Positions 12,336-24,955 of a DNA stretch of 64,000 nucleotides are shown here, one piece after another. Within the stretch, counting starts at the first letter, position 1, and each line of letters opens with the position of its first letter. A model generated the notes under the pieces. The model was given only the letters and a program-made list of their open reading frames with translations. It did no database searches and was not told the DNA's origin. The position numbers were made by a program, and so were the translations under genes. Source of the stretch: Mobula hypostoma (lineage: Eukaryota); contig NC_086097.1 of NCBI RefSeq assembly GCF_963921235.1, positions 44,208,001-44,272,000 on the forward strand, given 5' to 3'.

Positions 12336-13364
12336 CTTATTTTTGTCTGAATTACAGCAGATTTGACTCAGATCAAAGAGTTGATCTCTCCTATTGCAAA
12401 TTCTCCAACTAAGCATTTTATCCCTTATTTTATGTCCTTTACTGATTAACATGCATAATTTCAGATTTGTTCTGTGCCACTAAACTGGCTCTCTCTAAAA
12501 ATATATAATTTTTAAATTTTCTTTTTCATTACAATTGATTTGTTCAACCTCTCCCTTTAGTACTGCCCTCTAATCCAGGCAGCATCCTGGTAAATATAAT
12601 TTTAAAATATTTTACTGAATTCCATACTTTCTCCACATTGGCTTCCAGGGAGAACGTCTAGGTGATCTTTAGTGTGATAAAGCACATCCTCTGTCAGGAT
12701 CAATTTTAAATTGCTGCTGTGACATCCTGACATGAATTCTACAATGATAAATGAAACTCAATGTATTGAAAAGAATTTCATCAAGCATGAAAGCACTCAT
12801 TTTCTTGTTTCTTTCAGCTCCAAAATGACAAAAGCTATTAGCTTGGACAATTGGGTTCAACATAATATTTTGTGCCTCAGTGTTTGGATGCAACAAACAG
12901 CAAAACGGATGTTACACTGATAAACAAAAAAAAACGACTCAGAAGTGTTGTTAGTTTTTCAGAAGGAACAGTAAAGTATGACTGGAGCATAATTTAAATT
13001 GGAGTTTTACTGCTTATCCAAAGGGCCACCGATGTCACTTTTGAAGTTTTAAAACAGAGCACTCATTCTCATGGCTCCCCATCTGTGGCAGGAGAAGGAG
13101 TAAATCACTGGAACTATCAACACCAGACCTCTGGAGATGTTGGGAGCAAAACTTAGTCCAAATGCCAGCTCTCGAGGGTTTTCTAGGTGGTGGGTTTCGT
13201 CCATGCAAAAGTGATAGAGACTGCCTTTGGTAATTTGTTAACATCAGAATAAACATGGTATGAGATACTGCTGGTAGAATTTATTTGCCAATCAAGGAAG
13301 CTGCTTTGTTCTGGGTAGTGACACTTTGCTTGAGTGCTCTCGCTGCACTCATCCAGGCAGGTTC

Positions 13365-14083
13365 TTTTTAAATGGTGAATTCAAAAATCAGAGGGACTTG
13401 GAAGTCCTCATGCAAGATTCCCTAAAGGTTAACTTGCAGGTTGAGTTGGAAGTAAGGAAGGCAAATACAATGTTAGCACTCATTTCAAGATGACTAGAAT
13501 TTAAAAGCAAGGATGTAATGCTAAGGCTTCATAAGGCATTGGTCAGACCACATATGGAGTAATGTAAGCAGTTTTAGGCTCCTTCTCTAAGAAAGGATCT
13601 GCCGGCATTCGAGACTGTCCAGAGGAAAGATTCCGGGAATGAAAAGGTTGATGTATGAGGAGCGTTTGATGGCTCTGGGTCTGTACTTGCTGAAGTTTAG
13701 AAGAATGATGGGGATCACATTGAAACCTATTGAATATTGAAAGGCCTAACTAGATAGAGTGGATGTGGAGAGAATGTTTCCTATAGTAGGGGAGCCTAGG
13801 ACCAGAGGGCACACCCTCCAAATTGAGGAATGCCTACTTAAAACATCTTTAGCCAGAGGGTAGTGAATCTATAGAATTTATTCCCACAGGCATCAGTGGA
13901 GGCAGATCACAGGATTAATTTAAAGTGGAGGTTGATAGGTTCTTGATTATTCATGGTCAAAAGTTACAGGGAGAAGACAGGAGAATGGGGTTGAGAGGGA
14001 TAATAAGTCATTCTGATGGAATGAGCAGACTTGATGGGTCAATGGCCTAAATATGCTCCTGTGTTTTATGGTCTTATGGTCTA
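13365..14083 (+). mobile_element. CR1 LINE 3' fragment
   Basis: Homologous to the other CR1 3' ends. Tail ttatggtcttatggtct. Confidence 0.88.
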
Positions 14084-14651
14084 TGACCATGACCCATTTG
14101 GTAGTACTACCATCAAGTCGGAGTGTATGAAATCTTATATAACCACCTGTGCAAACTACATACATCCGTGTGTATGAGCAACACGAGTAGTGCTCTGGTA
14201 AATCTGCCCAAAATCTGAGTTAAAGTAAAAATATTTATAATTCATGTCTAAAACTGGAAGCAATGGTTACTTGTAGTGCTAAAACAATTGCACTACCCAG
14301 CCCAGTTACATGGCATTGGTAGTTATATGAGCTTTGTTAACATAAGGATGCATCAGATTCTGATATTTTTGATCCAAGGTTCTTTCGGAACTCAAGAGTG
14401 AGACATAAAACTTATTGCTTCACCATCATTTTATTAAGTGCGAAGAGAACAAAGGTATTGGAAATGGAGAGTAGCAGAAGTCTAAGAACAAAGAAGAAAT
14501 GAAAGGGAAAAATAGCCAGCCAACGTGCTCTGACTTTCTTATACCCTGAGTAACACACATTCCATTCAAATTTGTAGATAAGAGTTAACCAATCAGATTG
14601 CTCATATTCAAATAATGCAATACCCAAGAAGCTTCCAGAATAGTACAAGGA

Positions 14652-14730
14652 ACTGTGACCACTAGGAGACACACTGACCAATTGCATATACATACTATGA
14701 CCACTAGGAAACACACTGAACATTGGTAAT
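14652..14730. repeat. Two-copy tandem duplication, period 42 bp
   Basis: act(g/a)tgaccactagga(g/a)acacactga at 14652 and 14694. Confidence 0.8.
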
Positions 14731-14904
14731 TATATAAAATACGTATATAGGTGATTATATAAAATACAAGCAAGCACAAAGAAAGTAACAATTATGCAGT
14801 CTAATCCAACAGATCTAAGAGAGCAGGAGTAGTTCATCAGGGATCTCAGGTTTGCCCTGCAATTCAATTTGAGCATGCCTGGTTTGTTCTGGCGTCAACT
14901 CTCC

Positions 14905-15200
14905 TTAAGAGTTATAAAGTTGCACAGCATAGAAAAAGGCCCTTCAATCCAAATACGTCCATGCTAACCAAAAAGTATATTCAAGCTAATCCCATTTCCC
15001 TACACTTGGCCTGTATCTCTTTCAACTCTTGTCATTCACATACTTCTTAAGCGCACATAATGTATCTGCCTCAACCAACCTCCACTGGCAGATGGTTTCA
15101 TATATCTACCACCTGCTGTGTCTATATGGAAGAAATTGTCCCTCAGGTTCTTATTTAAATCTTTCATCTCTAACTTTAAAACTATATCCCCTAGTTTTTT
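14905..15200 (-). mobile_element. Old CR1 3' end
   Basis: cagcatagaaaaaggcccttc...gtatctgcctcaacc resembles the CR1 3' end at 58843. Confidence 0.65.
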
Positions 15201-15202
15201 GG

Positions 15203-15365
15203 GAAGTGGCAGGTGGAAAAGGTAGAGCGCTGAAGAAGAAGGATTCAGAGGGGAGAGGATAGTAGACATTGGGAAAAAGGGGAGGAGGAGAGGAACCAAG
15301 GTGAGAAGCAGAGAAGAGGTAAGAGGGGAGCCAGAGTGGTGAATGGAAAAAGAGGGGATGGGAAG
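15203..15365 (-). mobile_element. Old Penelope-like element, left part (continues at 17763)
   Basis: Purine-rich 3'UTR collinear with 38740-38885. Confidence 0.6.
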
Positions 15366-17762
15366 GGTTTAAACTAATATGACAAGGGAATGGGAACAGG
15401 TTCCTTTGGGCTAAGGATAGGGCTGCTGGTTTACAAGCAGAGGCTGTGTGCGGTGAGGCCAGCAGATGATAGGGTAAAATTGCAGTCAGTGGGATGAGTT
15501 GCAGTGCAAAAAGAGGACAAAATCGAAAATGGAGATGGATACAGGACTGAAGGTCTTATATTTGAATGCACGCAGTATACGAAATAAGGTAGATGATCTT
15601 CTAGTGCAGTTAGAGATTGGCAGGTATGATATCATGAGCATCACTGAGTTGTGGCTCAGCAGATCGGGCAGCATCCGTGGAAATGAACAGTCAACGTTTC
15701 AGGCCAAGAGGCTTCGTCAGGACTGAAGAGGAAGGGGGCGGGGCCCTACAAAGAAGGTGGGGGGAGGGTGGGAAGGAGAAGGCTGGTAGGTGCCAGGTGA
15801 AAAACCAGTAAGGGGAAAGATCAAGGGGTGGGGGAGGGGAAGCAGGGAGGGGATAGGCAGGAAAGGTGAAGGAACAGGGGAAAACACAATGGGTAGGAGA
15901 AGGAGGCGGAACCATGAGGGAGGTGATAGGCAGCTGGGGGAGGGGGCAGAGTGAAACTGGGATAGGGGAAGGGAGGGGGAGGGATTACCAGAAGTTGGAG
16001 AATTCAATGTTCATGCCAAGGGGCTGGAGACTACCCAGACAGTATATGAGATGTTGCTCCTCCAACCTGAGTTTGGCCTCATCATGGCAGTAGAGGAGGC
16101 CATGTATGGACATATCTGAATGTGAGTGGGAAGCAGAGTTGAAGTGGGTGGCTACTGGGAGATCCTGTCTGTTGTGGCGGACGGAGCGGAGGTGCTTGAC
16201 GAAGCGGTCCCCCAATCTGCGTCGGGTCTCACCAGTGTAGAGGAGGCCGCACCTGGAGCATCGGATGCAATAGATGACCCCAACAGACTCATATACCGTC
16301 TTACTAATGATCTTTCTAGAATCAATAGATTTTGGCATGGCTCCAGAGGACTGGGAAATAGCAAATGTCACTCCACTCTTCAAGAAGCGGGGAAGCCAGA
16401 AGAGAGGAAATTATATACCAGTTAGCCTGACCTCAGTGGTTGGGAAGATGTTGGAGTCGATTTTTAAGGATGAGGTCTCAGGGTACTGATAAAATAGGCG
16501 AAAGTCAGCATGGTTTCCTTAAGGGGAAATTTTGCCGGACAAATCCATTGGAATTCTTTTAGGAAATAACAAGCAGGATAGATAAAAGAGAAATGGTGGA
16601 TGTTGTGTACTTGGACTTCCAGAAGGCCTTTGACAAGGTGCCTCACAAGAGGCTGCTTAACAAGATAAGAGCTCACGGTGTTACAGGAAAGATACTAGCA
16701 TGGATAGAGCATTGGCTGATCGGCAGGAGACAAAGAGTGGGAATAAAGTGAGTTTTTCTAATAGGTTGCCGGTGATTAGTGGTGTTCTGCAGGGGTTGGT
16801 GTTGGGGCTGCTTTTTTTTTTATGTTGTATGCCTATGATTTAGTTGATGGAATTGATGGCTTCATGGCAAAGTTTACGGAAAAGAAGTGGAGGGCCAGGT
16901 AGTGTTGAGGAAGCATGACTTGGGATCGGGCAAAGAATTGGCAGATGGAATACAATGTCAGAAATGTACGGTCATGCACTTTGGTAGAAGGGATAAAACA
17001 TAGATTATTTTCTAAACGGAGAGGAAATTCAAAAATTAGAGGAGCGATAGAACATGGGAGTCCTCGTGCAGGATTCTCTAAAAGTTAATTTGCGGGTTGA
17101 GTCAGTGATGAGGAAGGAAAATGTAAAGTTCGCATTCATTTTGAGAGGATGAGAATATAAAAGCAAGGATGTAATGTTGAGGCTTTATAAAGCACTGGTG
17201 AGGCCTCACTTGGAGTATTGTGAGCATTTTTGGGCGTCATATTTAAGAAAGGTTGTGCTGACATTGGAAAGGGTTCAGAGGAGGTTCACAAGAATAATTC
17301 CAGGAATGAAAGGCTTATTGTATGAGGAAGTATTGATGGCTCTGAGCCTTTACTCACTGGAATTTAGAAGAATGAGGGGGAATCTCATTGAAACATATTG
17401 GATGTTGAAAGGCCTAGATAGACTGGATGTGGAGAGGATGTTTACTATGGTGGGGAGTCTAGGACAAGAGGGTACAGCTTCTGAATAGAGGGACGTCCAT
17501 TTGCAATGGAGATGAGCAGGAATTGCTTTAGCCAGAGAGTGGTGAATCCGTGGAATTCGTTGTCACAGGCACCTGTGGAGGCCAATTCATTAGGTGTATT
17601 TAAGGCAGAGGTTGATAGGTTCTTGATTAGTCAGGGTGTGAAAGGGAACAGGGAAAAGGCAGGAGAACGGGGTTGAGAAGGAAATGGATCAGCCGTGATG
17701 AAATGGTTGAGCAGGCTTGAGATGCCAAATGGCCCAATTTTGCTCCTATGTCTTATGGTCTA
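15365..17762 (+). mobile_element. CR1 LINE with an internal deletion occupied by a Penelope element
   Basis: Endonuclease start LKVLYLNARSIRNKVDDL...ITELWL ends near 15655. Sequence resumes near 16295 at MIFLESIDFGMAPEDWEIANVTPLFKK and runs through RT to the tail tcttatggtct. Confidence 0.9.
15656..16292 (-). mobile_element. Penelope-like element 3' part: GIY-YIG endonuclease, 3'UTR and terminal repeat with hammerhead motif (15688-15725)
   Basis: VGVIYCIRCSRCGLLYTGETRRRLGDRFVKHL...PVATHFNS...EQHLIYCLGSLQPLGMN (stop at 15985). Hammerhead cagtc-CTGACGA-agcctcttggcct-GAAA-cgtt-gactg. Confidence 0.92.
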
Positions 17763-18050
17763 AGAGGGAAGGGGGAGGGGAAATGTTTCTGGAAGTTAGA
17801 GAAATCGATGTTCATGCCATCGTATTGGAAGCTACCCAGACATAATCTGAGGTGTTGCTTCTCCAGCCTGAAGGTGGCCTCATCATGTCAGAATGAGAGT
17901 GGGGAGCGGAATTAAAATGCTTGGCCACCAGGAAATACTGCTTGTTTTGGGTGGAGCGAAGATGTAGAGGAGGTCGCCTCAGAAGCACCAGATAAAGTAG
18001 ACAACACCAACAGTTTTACAGAAAAAAATGTTGTCTCACCTGAAAGGACT
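17763..18050 (-). mobile_element. Old Penelope-like element, right part (decayed GIY-YIG)
   Basis: gaagttagagaaatcgatgttcatgcc...ctacccagac is homologous to 15990-16100. Confidence 0.75.
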
Positions 18051-18074
18051 TTTTGTCTCCCAAATTCTGTATTC

Positions 18075-18380
18075 AATGCCCTGACTGATGAAGGCCAGGA
18101 TGTCAAAAGCCTTCTTCGCTGCTCTGTTTACCTGTGACCCTAAGGGAATATGCATCTGCACTCCGAGATCCTCTGCTTTGCCATAGTACCCTGGGCTCTT
18201 CATGCAATGTTAAAGACCTGCCAAGATTGTCTTTCCAAAATGTAACACTTATTTGAATTAAATTCCATCTTCTATTCCTACTGCTTCAATTCTGAATATG
18301 TCTGTTCGCTGTCTATAATACTTACTTTTGTGTCATTTGCAAACTTATTAACTATTCCTTGTGTACTCTCATCCATATAT
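18075..18380 (-). mobile_element. Old CR1 RT fragment
   Basis: gtgtcatttgcaaactt gives KFANDT on the minus strand, in CR1-like context. Confidence 0.5.
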
Positions 18381-19405
18381 GACAGCGTTGTAGAGCAACT
18401 GCGCTGCACTTAACTGCAAGAAAATATAGAAAGCCATAAACACAATCCACCCTTCTGTGCCAGTTTCTCATAAACCCTCAGTTCCTTCAACTTTCAAATT
18501 TTTAACATATTACTAATAGTCTGGCCCTTACCACTGTTGGACAGAGAACATTTCCGCACACCTCAGTTTTAAATGACTGGTCCCTTGTACAGGTCATTGT
18601 AGATACAGGCGGTCTTCAGGTTATGCAAGGATTACATTCCTGGGATACTGGGAACTGTTAATTTGTTGATTTTTCCCTAGATCAGAAACATCTGTTTTCT
18701 ATCATAACCCATATTTTGTTGTTCTACATACACTTGCTATAATCCTTTTTTGTTATTGAACAACTGGTCTAATGCTACCCATAACAAAAATAATAAAATA
18801 CTCTCTACCTATACTCTATCCAGTCATAAATAAGTACCATGATAAAGTATTATCATTAGCTTCAAAATGTTTTGAAAATATATGGGAGAATAGTATGATA
18901 TTTGTAAGTCAGGTCATTCAGAACCCAGGGTCTCTCTATAATTTACTTCTGTTTTCTGTATAAATTTTGAATCATTCAAAATTCTGTTGCTTATTATCCA
19001 ATTTGCATCAAACGTCATTCACCCACTTTTCCTATGCTCGTTGACTTATATGGGCTTCCTGCCCAGAAGTATCTTGATTTTTAATCTCTTATTCTTGTGC
19101 TCGGACCCTTATGCAGATTTCTCTCTCTGTCTCTCAAATTTCCTCCAGATCAACAATTCTCTGTTAAATACCATTTAACACTTGCCTCTTGAAAATTCTC
19201 TGTATTCTTTCCCCTATTATTGTCAGTAATGGCTTCAGCTGCATAAGGCTTTGCTGTAGATTTCTCATCTCTCCACATCCAATCCTTCACCTTCTCCTAC
19301 TTAAAGTTTACTTGCACTTCCTTATAAGCATCCATTTCCTTTGTTAGTTTTTTCCTCCTAGTAAGTACTTTGCAATATTTTCCCATGTTTAAGATGATAC
19401 ATAAT

Positions 19406-19606
19406 CTACCCGGTAGTGTAGTGGCATCAGCACTGGACTTCGAGGCTAATGGTCTCAAGTTCAAATCTGGCTGGCTCCTTGCACGTTTTCCATCCGGGCT
19501 GGGTTGAGCATTGAGCTAGCAACTTGGCCTCGTAAAAAAACTGTCAAAATGCTACGGAAGCAGCCAAAAAAAAGCCAACTGTTATGCCAAAGGAAGAAAC
19601 AACAAA
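19406..19606 (+). mobile_element. tRNA-derived SINE with a 12-bp TSD
   Basis: A box TAGTGTAGTGG, B box AAGTTCAAATC. TSD atgatacataat at 19394-19405 and 19607-19618. The head is homologous to the SINE at 56731-57030. Confidence 0.8.
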
Positions 19607-20884
19607 ATGATACATAATTACAAATTCATTGTTTCTTTTTGGAGAAAATTAAAGATAATATGAGATTAATCGGCCAAATTAACCAAGTGCTATTAGCATG
19701 CCAAACACATATTATGTAGCGCAACTTAAATGAGTAAATTTAGTTAAATAAGCCAACATCTCTAATAAGAATAGATAAATTATGGCTCTGGAATATCAAA
19801 ATACTTCAGTGACTGTCAAGTGGGGCCAGAAATTTTTGGCTCATCTATAAAATATGGCACAAGATAAAAAGTTATATTCAGAAAATCGTTGAGGTTAATT
19901 GACATGGGAGCCAGTGTGCTGAAGACCTTGTATTGAAAGTTGTTACCATGGTTAAGGGAGCATCATTGCCTAGCAACTGGTTTATTGATACATCTCTTTT
20001 GTCTTTTTAAATTCATGTCTTAAACACAGAAAGATCCAATCGTTTGCACAGCAGCTTCATTTCCATTTCAAACAATGAAAGCTGGTTTTGATATCACTAC
20101 CCAAACCTTTCAGAAAGTTAAATTATTCTGTTTTATTTGAAGGCCTTTTTATCACCATGCTATGAATACAAAAAATTGCAGTATGTTTCAGTACATTGAG
20201 GAAAAAAATCTGCAACCATAAAGAAGATAGTGTTAACACAGGGAAAATGATCCAATTGGATGGGTTCTCAGTTCTCATGGTAAGTGTAATTGGACAGAAT
20301 GTAAAATGGGAAATAAATCACATGAAATATTTTTCAATTCATCCTAAATTACAATATAACCAGGGCTGTTATAAAGTTTATATATAATATATGGAAAATC
20401 CTGGAAGTGTTTATCTGGTCAGGCAGCATCTATGGAAGGGGAAACAGAATTAACATTTCAGTTCAATAGCTTTTCAACAAATGCATCCTTAACATCCAAG
20501 ACACTGTCTTCTAAAGTTGCTGCTCAGAAGCATGATGCTGAAATGAATGACTGGCCTTCCCTTTATCCTGGATTAATCTGGTTAATGTTTTTGCCTCATC
20601 ACATTAAATCCAATCAAAAGTACAGCCTAGATGTAAATAGTTCTCTGATGTCCTCAAATCAATGGCTGAGTCTAACTTCCTTCTACAAGTGAGCAGAGTA
20701 AGTGTAGAAACGATACAAGCTTCTCTCTCACCACCACCATTCCTCTGGGATTTTGGACCATCCTCTGCAGGCAAAGATGTGTAATACTTTCCAGCTGCCC
20801 AATCAACCTAATTTACCTGATCCTGCCCTTTCACAAACATTGTTTGAACCATCCCTCACTTCATCTTGCCTGCAAATTAAAGTG

Positions 20885-21015
20885 AGCTTTTTTTTAATCT
20901 CTTTCTCTGCATCACAAAGGTCTTCAGCCTGAAACATGAATTATTTCTCTTGCACTGCTGCTGCCTGATCCACTGAGTGTTTCCAACATTTTCTGTTTTT
21001 TGTTGTTCTGGATCT
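20885..21015 (+). mobile_element. Decayed Penelope-like terminal repeat
   Basis: ggtcttcagcctgaaac...gctgcctgatccactgagtgtttccaacattttctg. Confidence 0.6.
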
Positions 21016-21035
21016 ACACAGAAAGTATACCTTAT

Positions 21036-21585
21036 TATAAGACCATATGATATAGGAGCAGCAGTAGGATATTTGGCCCATCGAGTCTGCTCCATCATTC
21101 TGATCTATCTTCCCTCTCAGCCCCAATCTCCTGCCTTCTCCCCATAACTCTTAATGACCTGACCAATCATGAAATCTATCAAATTCTGCCTTAAATATAC
21201 CCAATGACTTGGCTTCCCCTGCTGTCTGTGGCAATGAATTCCACAGATTCACCATCCTCTGGCTGAAGAAATTCCTCCTCATCTCCATTCTAAAAGGACA
21301 CCCCCCTATTCTGAAGCTGTGTCCTCCGGTCTTAGACTCTCCTGCCATAGGAAACATCCTCTCCCCATCCACTCTATTGAGGTCTTTCATCATTCAATAG
21401 ATTTCAATGAGGTCACCCCTCATTCTTCTGAATACAGGCCCAGAGCCATCAAATGCTCCTCATGTGATTAGCCTTTCAATCCCAAAATCATTTTCATGAA
21501 CCTCTTTTGAACCCTCTCCAATGTCAGGACATCCATTCATAGATAAGGTTCCCAAAACTGCTCACATTACTCCTAGCGAGGCTTG
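21036..21585 (-). mobile_element. CR1 LINE 3' fragment
   Basis: ORF 21151-21393 reads RRNFFSQRMVNLWNSLP. Tail taagaccatatga. Confidence 0.88.
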
Positions 21586-21786
21586 TATGACTGCAAAGAT
21601 ACTAATTATGACTGTAATGATGGTAATATATTACTATAAAGACAACTGAGAGATTAATTTTCTCTCAAATTAATGCTAATCTGAGCCATCCTTTTCTGGA
21701 GAGTCTAAATCTAAGATTATCATTCAAAGAACAAATGATGAATTTAGAAGGTGTTTGATTTTGTGACATTTGTTGAGAAACAGCAA

Positions 21787-22135
21787 AGTTCAAAGTAAAT
21801 TTATTATCTTATTATCCTCACAGTATAAGTCACTATATACAACAATGAGATTCGTTTTCTTGTAGGCATGCATAGTAAATCCAAGAAACACAATAGAATC
21901 AATGAAAGGCCAATCCAACAGGATGGACAAACAGTCAATTTACAAAAGAGAACAAACTGTGCAAATACAAATGAGAAAAAAGGTAAATAAATAAGCAATA
22001 TATATTATATTGAGATGAAGAGTCCTTGAAAGTGAGTCCATAGATTGTGCGAACAATTCAGTGGTAGGGCTAGTGAAGTTATCCCCTTTGGTTCAAGAGC
22101 CTGATAGTTAAGGGCTGAGGGGCAATAATAATTTC
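21787..22135 (-). mobile_element. LINE 3'UTR fragment (Rex1-type tail)
   Basis: aagttcaaagtaaatttattatc end is shared with 32776, 41266 and 51141. Confidence 0.6.
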
Positions 22136-22199
22136 TGGATTATATATATAAATCCATCACTGAACTCCATCTAGGTGGGGAAAGAGAGGCTCTTTCCCT

Positions 22200-22280
22200 G
22201 TCATTCAAAGGTAGCATAGCTGACAGTACAGCAGTCCATCAGTACCCTGCTGAACTGTCAGTTGTGTGTATTCTCATTAG
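22200..22280 (-). mobile_element. DeuSINE (Deu-domain) remnant
   Basis: Minus strand ctgacagttcagcagggtactgatggactgctgtactgtcag resembles the recalled Deu consensus CTGACACTCCAGTGCAGTACTGAGGGAGTGCTGCACTGTC. Confidence 0.5.
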
Positions 22281-24149
22281 ATTGTTATCTGCTGAGCCAG
22301 GCTGGTACCTAAAAGATTAAAGACTGTAGGTCAACAACAGCAGGACAATTGAAATATACTACACTCCAATTGTAAATACTAGGAGACGATTGTCAATTTT
22401 CACAGAAAAGGCAAACTTATTCATATTTTGAATTCATAGAGAAAGAATCAACAGAATAATTTTTAAAGCTTATGAAATATTAAAAAGATAATGTTTGTGC
22501 CGAACATTGGATTTGTTTATAGTTACCTGGTCTGAAATGTTTAAATTGTGAATTCCTCCCTGAATCACATGATGTCAATTTAACAGTATTGAAATTGAAA
22601 GCTGAAGGTGATTGAGACAATCAGTGAGTACACCGCCATCTGAAAAAAAAGCCATTATATCATTTTGAAATATTAACTTCATCAGCACCAATCAAAGATT
22701 ATTTCTTAAAATATTAACCTCAGTTTATAATGAAGTAGCAATGAATCTGTTCTGAGAAGAGACTGTTGATCTGAAAAATCGATTGTTTCTCTTTTCCTTG
22801 ATGGTGCTTGATGTGCTCAATATTTCTCTTCTTATTTCACATTTGCCCATCTGACTTTGCATGAACCAGTAGAAATATTGTGACCAATAAATTGACAACT
22901 CACAATTTTTCTTGAGAGACTTTGTTCCGTTCATGCACTGCTGTAAATTGGATTCTTTTCTTGGCATTTATGACCCAGTAAACACATCTGGTATACCATA
23001 CAAAAATACATCATGGTGCTTGATATTGCTTTAGATCTATTTCTGGCCATTGTCACGTAAAACAGTACATTACTTTTTCACAAGCAGCTTTTAAATGATA
23101 GTGATTTTTCATTTGTAAGCAATTCTGTCAGTTTGTTGATCTATTTTTTTGCAAAGCATCTAACTTTGTGTTTCCCTTTTCTTCAATTATGGAAAGAATG
23201 TTTTGTAGATGATTATGTAATTTCTGTCAACAGAAATGAGTGTCACACATACTAAGACTTAAATGGTTTCACCAGCACTGGATTTAACTATATTTGTTTA
23301 TTTCACTTTCAAAATGGTAACTGTCTTGCTGCCTGGCCTGCTGAGTTCCTCCAGTATTTTATAACTGTCTTTATTTGGAGATTTTTCCTCCAAAGACAGA
23401 ATTGAATAAGAACTGCAGGGAAAAAAATAAGTTGCAAAGCCATGGGAAAAGAATAGAAAATAGGATTGAAAGGGTGTTCGAGTGAGTTGAATTGGACATC
23501 ATCTGTGCCATATCAGTCCTGATGTTTGATTGGTGGTTCAGTATAAATTTATGTTAAGATATTTAATCCTTTATTAGTTTTTAATATGCTTGACAGTATA
23601 ACCTTAGAATGTTGGAGGCTTTTATTTTGGAAGAATGGCCATGAATAAATCTCTATAGTTTAAAAATCATAAAAGATTAATAGGAAGTATAAGGATAAAA
23701 CAAAAATACCTCTGCCTTGAAACAACATTGGTACTTTTTTTCTGCTATGGTGGTGCTTTAATTGGTCCCTTTGAGTCACTCCATTATCTCGATGGTAATT
23801 TTGCTGAAGTTGCCTGCTTCCCTTCTTTTCTCTCAAGGTTTTTGTCTGCAGTGAAGTGAATGCCTACAGCACACAGGCTTGGTAGTGCACATGGTGGATT
23901 ACTAGATGTGATCAAAAGTCTGACCAAAAATCATCAAGATGTGAATTCAAATCCCTACCATGGCAAACCGAAAATGTAACCTAGTTTATTTTAAATCTGG
24001 CGAAGTAGAGGTGAACTTGTGTAGTGCAGGAAATGGCTTATCAGCATCTTGGGACATTTTGGATAACGGTAGACATGCCAGCACTCCCATATTTCAAAGA
24101 TTAATTCATGAAAGAACTGGGCCAAATGTAGCCTTTTGAAGATGTCTTT

Positions 24150-24622
24150 GAGTGCCCTTGGTGGAATTGGCTAAGTTTCCAACCCTCAGTAGCTTTTTCC
24201 AATCCTGTGATCGGTGCCTCCAAACCAGATTGTGCTGCAACCAGTCAGAAAGCTCTGCACAGTACATTTGTAGAAATTTACTAGACTTTGTGACAAATCA
24301 AATCTCCTTAAACTCCTCATGAAACATAGCCGCTGAAGTGTCTTCTTCATAATTGCACTAGAACCTTGGGATCTGGATAGACCTTCTGAAATGTTGACAC
24401 ATAGGAACTTAAAGCTGCTCATCCTTTTCCCTGCTGACCCCTTGATGGGAATTACTGTGCATTCCCACAATTTCCACTTTTTGTAGTCCACAAGCAATTC
24501 ATTGGTCTTATTGACGTCGAGTACAAGGTTTTTGTCGTGACACCATTCAACCAGCTGATCTGTCTCACATCTCATCACCATCTGAGGAATTCCCAACAAT
24601 AGTTGTGCCATTGGTGACAACA
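24150..24622 (-). mobile_element. Rex1/Babar-type LINE fragment
   Basis: ORF 24186-24623 reads LVEWCHDKNLVLDVNKTNELLVDY...SFKFLCVNISE. Confidence 0.8.
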
Positions 24623-24639
24623 CAGAATGATCAGTTGAG

Positions 24640-24955
24640 TTCTAAGACCAAAGGACACAACCACAGAAGAGCAGGGTGTCCTTAAAGAACAGAGATGAGG
24701 AGGAATTTCTTGAGCCAGAGAGTGGTGTATCTGTGGATTCCATTGCCACAGGTAGCTGTGAAGGCCAAGTTTTCATGTATGCTTAAGGCAGAGGTTGATA
24801 GATTCTTGATTGGTCAGGGTATGAAGGGATACGGGGGGGGTGGGGGGAAGGCAGGAGACTGGGGCTGAGAGGAATATTGAATCAGCCATGATGAAATGGC
24901 AGAGCAGACTCAATGAGATCAATGGCCTAATTCTGCTACTACGTTTTATGGTCTT
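24640..24955 (+). mobile_element. CR1 LINE 3' end
   Basis: Typical CR1 3' region ending ttttatggtctt. Confidence 0.85.

Noticed and set aside
18604..18940. Tigger/pogo-like MITE
   Set aside because: TA-flanked ends are suggestive but the inverted repeats are too degenerate to support by eye.
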